Shown here one piece after another: positions 28,348 through 38,847 of a stretch of 64,000 nt of DNA (the first letter of the stretch is position 1; each line of letters opens with the position of its first letter). The translations under genes and the position numbers were made by a program. This DNA comes from Alphaproteobacteria bacterium (GTDB lineage Bacteria > Pseudomonadota > Alphaproteobacteria > Paracaedibacterales > CAITNM01). The stretch is from contig JBAXJB010000002.1 of assembly GCA_037138055.1 (NCBI GenBank), forward strand, positions 4,968 to 68,967, in the 5' to 3' direction. The notes below the pieces were generated by a model, which did not search any database, was not told where the DNA came from, and saw only the letters and a list, made by a program, of their open reading frames with translations.

Positions 28348-29305
28348 AGTATTCCTTGTACCATTCAACAAATTTTTTAAGACCGTCTTCAATGTTTGTT
28401 TTAGGTTCGAACCCAAAATCACGACGGGTAGCTTCAATATCAGCTATTGTTTCTTTAACATCGCCAGGCTGCATAGGCATTAAATTACGCACACCTTTTT
28501 TGCCTAAATGTTTTTCTAGCACATCTATAAAATGCATTAACTCTGCAGATTGGTCGTTACCAATATTGTATAAACCGTAAGGGACATCACCTTTTGGAGT
28601 GTGGCTTAAACTGCCCAAAATACCGTTCACAATATCATCAATGTAGGTGAAATTTCGTCGCATTTCGCCGTTATTATAAACAGGAATTGGCTGATCGTTT
28701 AAAATAGCGTTTGCAAAAATGAAGGCAGCCATATCAGGCCTGCCCCATGGGCCATAAACCGTAAAAAAGCGTAATCCTGTTGAAGGGATTTTAAAAAGGT
28801 GCGCATAAGCATGCGTCATTAATTCGCAACATTTTTTGGTCGCAGCATATAAGGAAATAGGACTGTCAGTGCGGTCATCCACGCTAAAGGGCATTTTTGT
28901 ATTTGCCCCGTAAACCGACGACGTGCTTGCATACACTAAGTGCTTTAACCCAGGCAATGCCTTGCTTAATTCCAAAATATTCAGGTGCCCTGTTACGTTA
29001 GAGTCAACGTAAGCATGGGGATTTTCTATGGAATATCTAACTCCAGCTTGCGCTGCTAAATGAATAATATATTCAATTTTTGGGTGTTTTTCAGCCAAGT
29101 TAACGACGGATTCTTTATTGATAATATCCAATTTATAAAAAATAAAATTATCAAAGGCCTGAAGTTGCTTTAGCCGAGCATGCTTAAGAATGGGGTCATA
29201 GTATTCATTAAGATTATCAATACCAACAACTTCCTTACCTTGTTTTAAAAGCGTAAGAGAAGCATGAAATCCAATAAAACCGGCACATCCGGTGACTAAT
29301 ATCAT
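28337..29305 (-). CDS. NAD-dependent nucleotide-sugar epimerase (UDP-glucuronate/GlcNAcA 4-epimerase-like, TviC/CapI family)
   Basis: VTGCAGFIGFH Rossmann motif and YAATKKCCE (YxxxK). 322 aa. Forms an operon with the downstream dehydrogenase, with overlapping ends. Confidence 0.85.
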   Translation of the reverse strand: MILVTGCAGFIGFHASLTLLKQGKEVVGIDNLNEYYDPILKHARLKQLQAFDNFIFYKLDIINKESVVNLAEKHPKIEYIIHLAAQAGVRYSIENPHAYVDSNVTGHLNILELSKALPGLKHLVYASTSSVYGANTKMPFSVDDRTDSPISLYAATKKCCELMTHAYAHLFKIPSTGLRFFTVYGPWGRPDMAAFIFANAILNDQPIPVYNNGEMRRNFTYIDDIVNGILGSLSHTPKGDVPYGLYNIGNDQSAELMHFIDVLEKHLGKKGVRNLMPMQPGDVKETIADIEATRRDFGFEPKTNIEDGLKKFVEWYKEYYGI

Positions 29306-29450
29306 TTAAGATCTTCTATTTTTTTATAAGCTACATATTGTCATGAAAGATGCCCAGAATCAAGTTCAAAGCTTTTTTGCACTATAGACCTTAATGACAT
29401 TTTAATTGATGGATAGCATAATTATATAGAACTTTTATTTTTGGTATTTT

Positions 29451-30176
29451 ATGAAATCAATTTTTACAATTTTAGCTGTTCTATTATTTTCTCTACCTTT
29501 AAGAGCCTCAGACAGCAATAACCTTTTTGAAGCAGAAAGCATCATAAAGCAAAGAATTTTTTATAATAATTTGGTAAATTTTTGTGATACTTCTAGTTGC
29601 GCATTGCTATACTTAGGAGCAGGCAGTACGTCGTTAAGCTACATAACAAAAGAATACGCTAAGCCATTAATCATAGGATCCTCTGCTTGTTTTTTAGGGC
29701 ACATCCTCTTTAAAAGCATAGGCAGAATTGCGACGGGTCAGCTTATATTAGTTGACATTTTATTGAGAAAAGAAATGCAAAAAAGAGACGTTGAATTTAC
29801 ATCTGATATTCAACTTCCCTCAATCACTATTGCTTTAACTGAACAAGCACCTGTAACTAATCACGCAGTTGAAGATGGTTTAGCACAACATCATTCGCCA
29901 TCAACAGTAGACGCAGATACTCTTGGTGCCGACCAAGATCAACCTGCTACTAATCTTACAGTAACTCCTCCAATTACAGTTGGGACGCCGGCTAATTCAC
30001 CTGGTTCTTTAGATCCAAAGGATGATAGTAGTGACATATCTAGTACTGATTGGGAAGAAACAGCAAAAATGCCGGTAGCACCAACAGATTACAGTCTTAG
30101 CAATGCCATACAATACATAGGAAGAGCAACTGCTCCATATTTCTTATGGTGGTCTGGAAAGCCAAAAACTGACTAA
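29451..30176 (+). CDS. Hypothetical secreted/membrane protein (ORFan)
   Basis: 241 aa with a signal peptide (ILAVLLFSLPLRA), internal hydrophobic segments and a Pro/Thr/Asp-rich C-terminal half. Confidence 0.45.
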   Translation: MKSIFTILAVLLFSLPLRASDSNNLFEAESIIKQRIFYNNLVNFCDTSSCALLYLGAGSTSLSYITKEYAKPLIIGSSACFLGHILFKSIGRIATGQLILVDILLRKEMQKRDVEFTSDIQLPSITIALTEQAPVTNHAVEDGLAQHHSPSTVDADTLGADQDQPATNLTVTPPITVGTPANSPGSLDPKDDSSDISSTDWEETAKMPVAPTDYSLSNAIQYIGRATAPYFLWWSGKPKTD

Positions 30177-30200
30177 CAAGTGCGCTTAAGCACCCTGCCC

Positions 30201-30644
30201 TTAATCTGTTGCTAACTCTGCGAAGACGCCTTTAATGCGGATAATCTGTTTTTCGCGCTCATCCTCTGAATAAGCGCTTTCTACGCCGCAATACCAAACC
30301 GGACGTGGCCATGCTCCATCATTTTCAAATCTTGCCACCACATGCACGTGTATTTGCGGCACAGCATTGCCAATACTGGCTACATTCAATTTTTTAGGAT
30401 TGTACAATTGACGCATCACAATGCTAGCTAAGCAAATTTCCTTCATCAACAGTTGTTGCTCGGCTTCGCTTAAATCTACCAGCTCAATAACATTTGTATT
30501 GGGAACAAGCATTAACCATGGAAATGCAGCATTGTTGCATAGGCGAACTTGGCACAAACTCAAATTTGTGACATATGCTGAATCTGCTTCTATGCGTGGA
30601 TCTACATTAATAGTTTCTAATGCCATTAGGATATTTTTTTCCAC
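30201..30644 (-). CDS. HIT-family (histidine triad) protein
   Basis: Histidine triad PQIHVHVVAR. 147 aa. Confidence 0.85.
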   Translation of the reverse strand: MEKNILMALETINVDPRIEADSAYVTNLSLCQVRLCNNAAFPWLMLVPNTNVIELVDLSEAEQQLLMKEICLASIVMRQLYNPKKLNVASIGNAVPQIHVHVVARFENDGAWPRPVWYCGVESAYSEDEREKQIIRIKGVFAELATD

Positions 30645-31300
30645 AAAGGATCCTTAAGTAACTTTAAAAATTCTTCGTGTTCATGGAGTTCATTTTCATT
30701 AACCGCAAATAGTCTTGGTTCGCGATAAACGTTGTTTGATGTAATCGTAGCCGGCTTATCAGCAGTTTCTGGCTTGAATAGTTCTGTTTGCCTGCCACCC
30801 ATAAGTTCAATATAAACTTCCGACAAAAGCTGGGCGTCAATTAATGCGCCATGTTTTGATCTTTTTGAAAGGTCAATATTGAACCGCTTACACAAAGCAT
30901 CAAGGTTGGCAGCTTGGCCCGGAAATTTTTTTCGTGATAATACAACTGTATCGATTGCTTCTTTAACATCAAGGAAAGGTAAATTCACACGGGAAAACTC
31001 TGCATTAATAAAACCAATATCAAAAGACGCGTTATGAATTACCAAAGTCGCTTCTTGAATGAACTCCTGAAATTCCTGTGCTATTGAAGAAAAAGTTGGA
31101 AAATCTTTTAAAAAATCGTATGTAAGGCCAGAAACTGCTGATGCACCAGGTGATACGTCTCGCTCAGGATTAACATAACAATGAAAGGTGCGACCAGTTG
31201 GTATACGATGAACAAGCTCTACGCATCCTATTTCTGTAATGCGGTGTCCGTCCTTATGGCTAAGGCCTGTAGTCTCAGTATCTAGGGCAACTTCACGCAT
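30626..31300 (-). CDS. dnaQ: DNA polymerase III epsilon subunit (3'-5' exonuclease)
   Basis: Exo I (ALDTETTGL), Exo II (LVIHNASFDIGFIN) and Exo III (HGALIDAQLLSEVY) motifs. Confidence 0.9.
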   Translation of the reverse strand: MREVALDTETTGLSHKDGHRITEIGCVELVHRIPTGRTFHCYVNPERDVSPGASAVSGLTYDFLKDFPTFSSIAQEFQEFIQEATLVIHNASFDIGFINAEFSRVNLPFLDVKEAIDTVVLSRKKFPGQAANLDALCKRFNIDLSKRSKHGALIDAQLLSEVYIELMGGRQTELFKPETADKPATITSNNVYREPRLFAVNENELHEHEEFLKLLKDPLWKKIS

Positions 31301-31322
31301 GTCGAACTAACCTTCAAAGGTG

Positions 31323-31841
31323 TTATTTATCTTTTAGCTTATCGCTAAGCACAGAAAACGGAGAAACTTTTGCTTCTTTCTCGTTCTCATCAAATTCTAT
31401 GTGGTCTCCAGTTTCCCCTGCAAGCTTTGGGTTTTCTGGTAAACTTAAGGAAAGATATTCTAATGCCAAATTTCCAATGTCATATTCGCCATCAACAAAT
31501 ACATCACAATCATCATCTGGATGTGATTCTTCATATTCATCTAAGCGCTTTTGAGAAGGCATCAGCATTACGGTAAATTGTTCGCTAATACTAGTCGTTA
31601 CTGGCTCGCAGCTAACAACGCTTGACTGCACAATGATCGCGTTCAAACTCCCGTGTACTTCGTACGTTTTGTTAATTAACTGCTTAATCTGAGTCTGAAC
31701 AGTAAATGACTTCAAACCAAGCAAGTCAAAGACTTCCATAATTTGTTCACACTGCTCTTTTGATGCACTAAAGGACATGGCTCTTCCACGAAGATGCGCT
31801 TGTTCTAAATCAATAACGTGGGAAAAATAATTCACAGACAA
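31323..31841 (-). CDS. YceD/DUF177 family protein
   Basis: 172 aa, acidic, with a DUF177-like organisation. TTG start. Assignment is by general resemblance only. Confidence 0.55.
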   Translation of the reverse strand: MSVNYFSHVIDLEQAHLRGRAMSFSASKEQCEQIMEVFDLLGLKSFTVQTQIKQLINKTYEVHGSLNAIIVQSSVVSCEPVTTSISEQFTVMLMPSQKRLDEYEESHPDDDCDVFVDGEYDIGNLALEYLSLSLPENPKLAGETGDHIEFDENEKEAKVSPFSVLSDKLKDK

Positions 31842-31856
31842 ACCAAATTATATTAA

Positions 31857-31933
<77 letters not shown>

Positions 31934-32035
31934 GGGTTTATTACCCTAGGCAATGATCTGAAACTAATCAATCGCCGTTTTTTTGTCAAGCAATTTTCAG
32001 TATTATTTTAAAGAATGCCCTACCCTTTGGGGTTA

Positions 32036-34642
32036 TTATTCTAATAAACCTATAAAATGTGTTAGCTTTTCGCTTTCAACATGCTTGAATTTCAACAAAT
32101 CAGTATCTTCTTGCCATTGCTCAGGCTTAGCATTTTTATAAGCTTCATTTTGTAATTTTTTTTCTAAATGCAGTGCTTCTTTTTCAAGTGTCTCTTTTTT
32201 TTGAGACAAAATACTTTTAGCACTTATAGTATCAAGTGCAGTATCAAAGGCTACATAAAGGGTTGCTCCCTGCACGACACAAGGTAAGCTGTTTTTAGGT
32301 GGCGTATCTGAATCCCATGATTCAATTGAAGAAAAACGCGCCATTGAACTTAACACACCTAAATAAGGATCAAATTTATTTTCAAGCTCTGGCTCAACTT
32401 TTATATATGCCGTAAGCATGGCACCACCGGAAATATTTAATAATCCCTTCAAAGAACGTACTTCATCAATTAAGCACCATAGAGTATTTGTGTGATTAGA
32501 AGAAAAATGAACTTTCTTTTCAGCATATTTGTAATCTGTTAAACACTCATACATTTTGAAATATTTTGCTAAATAGCTTGTGATGCTTGGCATAATTGGG
32601 TGTAGCAAGCTTAAGTACTCAAACAAAGCCTGCATCGCCATTTTTTTTGTAGTGTCAGCTTGGTCACCTTGTACCAATACTTTTAGTGCTTCTAGGTACT
32701 GATCGCAAAATACATACCAAAAACTTTGGTAAAGACCTTGTGCAGCAAGGTCAAATCGATGTTCATTCAGATGATTTATTGTTGCGTCTTTAAGGTCAGC
32801 AAGATGATTAGCCATCCATTGGTCAATCGGGTGTGCATCCGATGATGGAGCAAATCCTTGCTCAAATTGACAATCATTCATTTCTAAAAAGCGTGCGGCG
32901 TTCCAAATTTTAGTACAAAAGTTGCGGTATCCTTCGATTCGGCTTTCTCCAAGCTTAATGTCGCGCCCAGGCGCTGCAAGGGCTGCTAGTGTATAACGCA
33001 CCACATCAGAACCGTATTTATCCATCAAGATCAAAGGGTCGATTACGTTTCCCTTGCTCTTTGACATTTTTTGACCTTTTTCATCGCGCACTAACGCGTG
33101 TATATACACCGTCTTAAACGGTACATCGCCCATGAAATGTATGCCCATCATAATCATGCGGGCGACCCAGAAAAAGATAATGTCAAACCCTGTTACCAAA
33201 GTATTGGTTGGATAATAGCGGCTAAGTTCTGGCGTTTTGTCGGGCCACCCAAGGGTTGTAAATGGCCATAGAGCACTTGAAAACCACGTGTCAAGCACGT
33301 CTGTCTCACGCCTAAGTGTCACATTTTCGCCTAATTGCTTGCGTGCTACTGCGTATGCTTCTTCTTCTGTTTTCTCAACAAAAATTTCTCCATCAGGTCC
33401 AAACCACGCAGGAATCTGATGTCCCCACCAAATTTGACGGGAAATACACCAAGGCTGAATATTGTTTAGCCATTCAAAATAGGTATTTTCCCAATGTTGG
33501 GGCACAAACTTGATCTTACCTGTTTTAACAGCATCAAGTGCTGGTTTCGCCAAGACTGCAGCATCAACAAACCATTGATCAGTTAAATAAGGCTGAAGCT
33601 CAACCCCAGAACGCTCTCCATATGGTGTGGGCCCGGTAATCTCTTCAGTCTTTTCAATAAATCCTTGGGATTCCAAATCAGCAACAACCGCAGATCTTGC
33701 TTTAATACAGTACATGCCTCGGTAAGCTTCAGGCGTGGCCTCATTTAGATGAGCGCGCTCATCAAGCACATTAATTTTTTCTAGGTTGTGTCGCTTCCCT
33801 ATTTCAAAGTCGTTAAAATCATGTGCAGGCGTAATTTTTACAGCACCCGTCCCTTTTTCCATATCGCAATAATCATCAGCAATAATCGGGAATGTGCGGC
33901 CAGTTAAAGGCTGAAGCACCTTACGACCAATTAATTTTTTATAACGCTCATCTTCTGGGTTAACTGCAACGGCAGTATCACCAAACATTGTTTCTGGTCG
34001 TGTGGTCGCAATAACAATGTTTTCTTGTGGGTTATCAGCCAACGGATACTTAATATACCAAAATGGTTTTTTTTCTTCTTTTGTCACAACTTCTAAATCA
34101 GAAACCGCTGTTAACAGTTTTGTATCCCAATTCACCAAACGTTTATCGCGATAAATAAGTTTTTCTTTATGAAGTTTTACAAAAACTTCAACAACAGCCT
34201 TTGAAAGCCCTTCATCCATTGTAAATCTTGAGCGGTCCCAATCAGCTGAAATACGCAAACGTCGCTGTTGCGTCACAATAGTGTTGCCTGAATATTCTTT
34301 CCATTGCCAAACTTTTTCTAAAAAAGCATCACGACCTAGGTCGTGACGTGTAATTCCTTGCTCAAGCAACTGACGCTCAACCACCATTTGCGTTGCAATG
34401 CCAGCATGGTCTGTTCCTGGCTGCCAAAGCGCATCAAACCCCATGGCTCGTTTAAAGCGAATCAAAATATCTTGCAATGTATAAGTTAAAGCATGACCTA
34501 AATGCAACGAACCAGTCACATTTGGTGGCGGCATCATAACCGTATAAGGCGTTGCTGAATTATTCAAATCAGCTTTGAAAAATGATTCTGATTCAGAGTA
34601 AAGCTGATCTTCAATTAATTGAGGAGTAAATTTATCGAGCAT
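32036..34642 (-). CDS. valS: Valine--tRNA ligase
   Basis: 868 aa with a HIGH-type motif (PPNVTGSLHLGHA), KMSKS, and a C-terminal coiled coil. Confidence 0.95.
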   Translation of the reverse strand: MLDKFTPQLIEDQLYSESESFFKADLNNSATPYTVMMPPPNVTGSLHLGHALTYTLQDILIRFKRAMGFDALWQPGTDHAGIATQMVVERQLLEQGITRHDLGRDAFLEKVWQWKEYSGNTIVTQQRRLRISADWDRSRFTMDEGLSKAVVEVFVKLHKEKLIYRDKRLVNWDTKLLTAVSDLEVVTKEEKKPFWYIKYPLADNPQENIVIATTRPETMFGDTAVAVNPEDERYKKLIGRKVLQPLTGRTFPIIADDYCDMEKGTGAVKITPAHDFNDFEIGKRHNLEKINVLDERAHLNEATPEAYRGMYCIKARSAVVADLESQGFIEKTEEITGPTPYGERSGVELQPYLTDQWFVDAAVLAKPALDAVKTGKIKFVPQHWENTYFEWLNNIQPWCISRQIWWGHQIPAWFGPDGEIFVEKTEEEAYAVARKQLGENVTLRRETDVLDTWFSSALWPFTTLGWPDKTPELSRYYPTNTLVTGFDIIFFWVARMIMMGIHFMGDVPFKTVYIHALVRDEKGQKMSKSKGNVIDPLILMDKYGSDVVRYTLAALAAPGRDIKLGESRIEGYRNFCTKIWNAARFLEMNDCQFEQGFAPSSDAHPIDQWMANHLADLKDATINHLNEHRFDLAAQGLYQSFWYVFCDQYLEALKVLVQGDQADTTKKMAMQALFEYLSLLHPIMPSITSYLAKYFKMYECLTDYKYAEKKVHFSSNHTNTLWCLIDEVRSLKGLLNISGGAMLTAYIKVEPELENKFDPYLGVLSSMARFSSIESWDSDTPPKNSLPCVVQGATLYVAFDTALDTISAKSILSQKKETLEKEALHLEKKLQNEAYKNAKPEQWQEDTDLLKFKHVESEKLTHFIGLLE

Positions 34643-34768
34643 TTCTATATGAAATTTATATTTTATCGCATCATAGCGAATTACAACTTAACTGTCATGA
34701 ATTCCTATTAACCTTTTTTTTACACTATGGTGCCACAATGGTATTTAAGCAAAGAAGTGTCAAAGATT

Positions 34769-35851
34769 ATGAAAATTACATTGATGATTTTATGGAGCGT
34801 GATTCTAAGCACACTAAGTGCAGCGCAAGCGCCAATTAGCTGTGCAAAACCAGGATCAAATGGGCAAAACTACGACGCGCAAAAACTAATGCCACCTCCG
34901 CATCCTTACGCTCAGCCTCCTTATCCTTATTACGCTCCTCCAGCTTATCCAATGACAGGGCCACAGCAGGGTGTTAACCCTTATATGCAACGCGGACCAA
35001 TGCAACCTAACATTGGCCAAGCAATGGGGCCACAGCAAGCAATGCAGCCTGGATTTATCCCTGGTGTTGTTCCTCAGCAGCATATTAGTAGTGGTTTTGT
35101 GAATTCTAATGGTAGCGTTGCTACCTTTCCACAACAAAGTGCTCAAACTGGTGTGCAGTATGGCAATATAACACCACCCGTAGCATGTAGTTGTGGTGTG
35201 AAGCCTGGTCAAAAAGCTCTTGCGGCTGCAAATGGTGTGACCCCTATTAGCGCTCAACCAACAGATCCAAAAATTATTGCTGCAGAGCAAAAAGTAGCTC
35301 AAAGCGCCATAGAGACAGCAAAAGCAGCAGCAGAAGCTCAAAAAATTGCAAACGAATCTCTCGTTGATTCCACACAAAAAGCCAATGAAGCTGCACAGCG
35401 TGTAGCAGAAGCTACGCAAGAATCTGTAGCAAAACAAAATAAAGCCGATGAACTTGCTATTGTTGCTCAGAATGCTTTGGCTGCAATTCCAGCATCAGCA
35501 GCTAACGATGATGGTGTAGTGAAATTGTATGCAGGTATGGCAGCAGATCCGCAACACTCTTTGGTTGGGACTTCTGTTACTGAAGAAAAAGAAGGAATTA
35601 AAGTTATTTACTCAGATAGTAGTGCGCCGGTTATTATCAGGCCAAATAAATTAACTTCAGCACAAACCGAGGTGCTAAAAGCGCAAGCTGCTGAACCAGA
35701 TCATCGGGTTGCTGCAAGTGCTGCTGTTCCCTCTTCTTCTGCTCCAGTTTCTGGCTCTCCGGCAGCGACAAACGCAAACTCAGCGCTTGATGTAGAACTT
35801 GATAAAATGAAAGGTTTTAGTCAAGCGTTATCGCATCTACCTACCGCATAG
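34769..35851 (+). CDS. Secreted low-complexity protein (P/Q/Y-rich region followed by an Ala-rich helical region)
   Basis: Signal peptide (ITLMILWSVILSTLSAAQA). P/Q/Y-rich stretch includes PPAY. Coiled-coil-like A/Q/E-rich centre. Start set at the internal ATG. Confidence 0.5.
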   Translation: MKITLMILWSVILSTLSAAQAPISCAKPGSNGQNYDAQKLMPPPHPYAQPPYPYYAPPAYPMTGPQQGVNPYMQRGPMQPNIGQAMGPQQAMQPGFIPGVVPQQHISSGFVNSNGSVATFPQQSAQTGVQYGNITPPVACSCGVKPGQKALAAANGVTPISAQPTDPKIIAAEQKVAQSAIETAKAAAEAQKIANESLVDSTQKANEAAQRVAEATQESVAKQNKADELAIVAQNALAAIPASAANDDGVVKLYAGMAADPQHSLVGTSVTEEKEGIKVIYSDSSAPVIIRPNKLTSAQTEVLKAQAAEPDHRVAASAAVPSSSAPVSGSPAATNANSALDVELDKMKGFSQALSHLPTA

Positions 35852-36593
35852 CTTGGTGCAGGGCTACTATACCGCCTGTCCATTTTTCGTAAATACATGT
35901 GGAAAAACCATGGTTTAGTATCATTTCACGCAAAATGCTTGGTTTTGGAAACTGACGAATGCTTTCTACTAAATACTGATAAGCCTCTCTGTCTTTGGCA
36001 ATTCGTTCTCCAACCCACGGGATAATTTTGAATGAATATAGATCATAAAATGGTTTCAGGACGCCCTCGGGCGGTGAAAACTCTAGGCAGCTTAATGTAC
36101 CTCCTGGTTTTAAAACTCTAGCCATTTCATTCAGTGCTGCATCTTTATTGGTAACATTGCGAAGACCAAAAGCAATTGTGACCCTATCAAAGCTTGCATC
36201 AGCATAAGGAAGTTTTTCCGCATTCCCAATATGCCACCTAATGCCCAATACTCCCGCATTCACAGCCTTATCTTTTCCCTGGCACACCATATCATAGGTA
36301 AGATCACAAACGGTTACCTGAGGGGCTAAATAAGCTTTATCTTTAGCAATGCGAATAGCAATGTCTCCTGTGCCTCCGGCAACATCCAAAATTTTCATAT
36401 TTGGCTTTAAAGCTAATTTTTCAATGAATGATTTCTTCCAACATCGATGTAATCCAAAGCTCATGACATCATTCATCACATCATACTGATTAGATACACG
36501 CGAAAATAAATCGCTAACTAATCCAGTTTTTAACTTTGATTTAACGCTTTTAAAGCCAAAATCAGTATAGTCAGTGTTGTGGTCGTGTTCCAT
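35841..36593 (-). CDS. ubiE: Ubiquinone/menaquinone biosynthesis C-methyltransferase UbiE
   Basis: UbiE blocks: YDVMNDVMSFGLHRCWK, ILDVAGGTGDIA, FGLRNVT, LKPGG, EFS. Confidence 0.9.
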   Translation of the reverse strand: MEHDHNTDYTDFGFKSVKSKLKTGLVSDLFSRVSNQYDVMNDVMSFGLHRCWKKSFIEKLALKPNMKILDVAGGTGDIAIRIAKDKAYLAPQVTVCDLTYDMVCQGKDKAVNAGVLGIRWHIGNAEKLPYADASFDRVTIAFGLRNVTNKDAALNEMARVLKPGGTLSCLEFSPPEGVLKPFYDLYSFKIIPWVGERIAKDREAYQYLVESIRQFPKPSILREMILNHGFSTCIYEKWTGGIVALHQAMR

Positions 36594-36649
36594 ATATACA
36601 GGCTCATAAAGCTAAGGCATAATGCTGTAGCTTAGCATAGGAAAAAAAT

Positions 36650-37297
36650 ATGGTAGAGATCCTTCTGTTTGCAGTGTTGTCAGTTTATTTAGCATACCGT
36701 TTGTGGGGCGTTCTTGGTACCCGCACTGGTAGCGAAAAACAGCGTCAATGGTCACGCCCAGAAACTATTGATGATAACGTCATTATTTTGCCTCAAAAAA
36801 GTACAGGACAACATGCTGAACCGGAAGTTGCTATTTCTGTTCCTGAGCCTTTTATCAGTCAGCTAAAAACTATTAAAAAATCTATTAAAGACTTTTCACT
36901 TGATCGTTTTCAAGCAGGATCAGTAAACGCTTTTCGCGCAGTTGTGCAAGCTTTTGCCAACGGAAACACTGAACGCTTAGAACAGCTGGTTGGTCCAAAG
37001 GTGTTAAAGGGGTTTCAAGCGGCAATTAAAACGCGGACAAAACAAAAAGAAACTATGAATATCGACATAAAAGACGTCGACGTTGAAATTGAAGACATTA
37101 TTTTAGTAAAAACGATTGCTCAAATTTTAGTTCGCTTTACCAGTGATCAGGTTGTTACCACAACGAATAAGGCCGGTGAAATCATTGATAACACCAACCT
37201 TATTACAAATCGTATGATTGACCGTTGGACCTTTGAAAAAGATCTAAAAGAATCTGGTCCTATTTGGCTATTAGTAAAGACCGAAAGCTTGGCTTAA
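36650..37297 (+). CDS. Tim44-like domain protein
   Basis: N-terminal TM followed by a Tim44-like C-terminal domain (FRAVVQAFANGNTERLEQLV...DRWTFEKDL...WLLV), as conserved in Alphaproteobacteria. Confidence 0.75.
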   Translation: MVEILLFAVLSVYLAYRLWGVLGTRTGSEKQRQWSRPETIDDNVIILPQKSTGQHAEPEVAISVPEPFISQLKTIKKSIKDFSLDRFQAGSVNAFRAVVQAFANGNTERLEQLVGPKVLKGFQAAIKTRTKQKETMNIDIKDVDVEIEDIILVKTIAQILVRFTSDQVVTTTNKAGEIIDNTNLITNRMIDRWTFEKDLKESGPIWLLVKTESLA

Positions 37298-37302
37298 AGC
37301 AC

Positions 37303-37692
37303 TTATTGCGAATACGTTTCATCGTCTAACTGCGGCAATATATCAAAACCAATAATATAGCGTGTATTTTCAAACCTATAAATTTGGTTAGTGCTTAGCT
37401 TCCCAAGTTGCACACAGCTAGGAACATTTTTTTTTGCTCGTAAATAATGTATTTCTATATCAACCCAAGCAACATTAGGATTTTCTTCATCAGCATCAAT
37501 AGATTTCGCCTTAATCTCAAATAAGTGTCGCTCATCATTAAGCACTTTTCCAAGCTCAAGCAAAATTCTTTCGCTTTTTCCAGTATAGGTATCAACTATC
37601 GCAACAGAAACAAATCCGGGGAATTTTGCTGCATTAATTGGACATAAATATAATAAAAGTAAAATAATACGTTGCAAAATCTGATTGTCCAC
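37303..37692 (-). CDS. Hypothetical secreted protein
   Basis: The ORF track runs to 37770 and would overlap rsfS by 43 nt. A GTG at 37692 gives a clean signal peptide (ILQRIILLLLYLCPINA). No domain recognised. Confidence 0.4.
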   Translation of the reverse strand: MDNQILQRIILLLLYLCPINAAKFPGFVSVAIVDTYTGKSERILLELGKVLNDERHLFEIKAKSIDADEENPNVAWVDIEIHYLRAKKNVPSCVQLGKLSTNQIYRFENTRYIIGFDILPQLDDETYSQ

Positions 37693-37727
37693 GTAATATA
37701 GGGAATTATTATTTTTAAGTTTGCCAC

Positions 37728-38093
37728 ATGGTAGTATCAACGGAAAGCCTGAAAGAACAATTAATTGCACTTCTTGGTGACAAGAAGGCAGAGCATGTAA
37801 GCGTAATTGATTTGCAAAAAAAATCTATTCTTGCTGATTATTTACTTATTGCTTCAGCTCAATCATCTCGACAGCTGTATGCTATCGCGGAACATATTGG
37901 CATTGAATTAAAGCGTCAGGGCATTATACCTATCGTTGATGGTACACCACCTACTGATTGGGTGGTTGTGGACGCTGGTGATATTATTGTACATCTATTC
38001 CGCCCAGAAGCGCGAGATTTTTATAATCTAGAAAAAATGTGGGGAAGCATTATGTCGGAACAAGCCGAAACGCCCACTTCTGCCGTACATTAA
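37728..38093 (+). CDS. rsfS: Ribosome silencing factor RsfS (iojap family)
   Basis: 121 aa with DKKAEHVSVIDL...ADYLLIASAQSSRQLYAIAEHI and WVVVDAGDIIVHLFRPEARDFYNLEKMW. Confidence 0.8.
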   Translation: MVVSTESLKEQLIALLGDKKAEHVSVIDLQKKSILADYLLIASAQSSRQLYAIAEHIGIELKRQGIIPIVDGTPPTDWVVVDAGDIIVHLFRPEARDFYNLEKMWGSIMSEQAETPTSAVH

Positions 38094-38530
38094 TGAAGGT
38101 TCAAATTATTGCTGTGGGACTGTTAAAAAGCGGTCCTGAGAAAGCTTTGTTTGACCAATATACCAAACGTTTAAACTACAAATTAAAAGTCATTGAAATA
38201 GAAAGCCGACAAGACAAGCGAATACCTGCATCGGCTTATCTGAAATCATTATCCGAAAAAGATATTGTTATTATTTTAGATGAAGGCGGCGAAAATCTTT
38301 CAAGTAGGTCTTTTGCTCAAAAACTAGAAATCTACAGCCAAACAGGCAAACAGCTAAGTTTCATTATTGGTGGTGCCGACGGCATTCCAGAAGAAATTAA
38401 ACTTCTGGCAAGCTTCAGCATATCATTTGGAAAATTAACCTGGCCACACCTATTGGTGCGCGCCCTTTTTGTAGAACAACTTTACCGTGCACAGCAAATT
38501 ATGTGTAATCATCCCTATCATCGCGATTAA
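38093..38530 (+). CDS. rlmH: 23S rRNA (pseudouridine1915-N3)-methyltransferase RlmH
   Basis: SPOUT fold with C-terminal FIIGGADGI...LSFGKLTWPH and QLYRAQ. The ATG overlaps the rsfS stop (TAATG). Confidence 0.85.
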   Translation: MKVQIIAVGLLKSGPEKALFDQYTKRLNYKLKVIEIESRQDKRIPASAYLKSLSEKDIVIILDEGGENLSSRSFAQKLEIYSQTGKQLSFIIGGADGIPEEIKLLASFSISFGKLTWPHLLVRALFVEQLYRAQQIMCNHPYHRD

Positions 38531-38739
38531 GCGATAATATCTGGCCTTAACATTCCGTGAATTTTAATAACTTGGTCACGAACTTCATTCTTTTGCTTCT
38601 TGATTTTGAAAAAATCAAAATTAAGAACACCAGAATTACTGCGTACTGCACCATCTAACTGATGATCGAGATCAGTTTGCTGCTTTCTAAGCTTTTGAAG
38701 CTGCATTTGCAGATTTCCTACTTCGCCAGAAACCATCAT
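38527..38739 (-). CDS. Small DUF465/YdcH-like protein
   Basis: 70 aa, coiled-coil, with a basic KIKKQKNEVRDQV segment resembling the DUF465 LKKxKLxLKDEI motif. Confidence 0.4.
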   Translation of the reverse strand: MMVSGEVGNLQMQLQKLRKQQTDLDHQLDGAVRSNSGVLNFDFFKIKKQKNEVRDQVIKIHGMLRPDIIA

Positions 38740-38847
38740 ACTAAATCTCCATTTATAATTTACCTACTATAGTTGTAGGACGATTTTTGAAAATTTCAAT
38801 AGAAAAATTAATAAAAAATAAACTTTTTTGTGAAATAATACGAGAAA

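Noticed and set aside
34886-35437. 183-aa minus-strand ORF
   Set aside because: It is antisense to the low-complexity secreted protein gene. Its Cys/Phe-rich composition is typical of the reverse frame of Ala/Gln-rich coding sequence.
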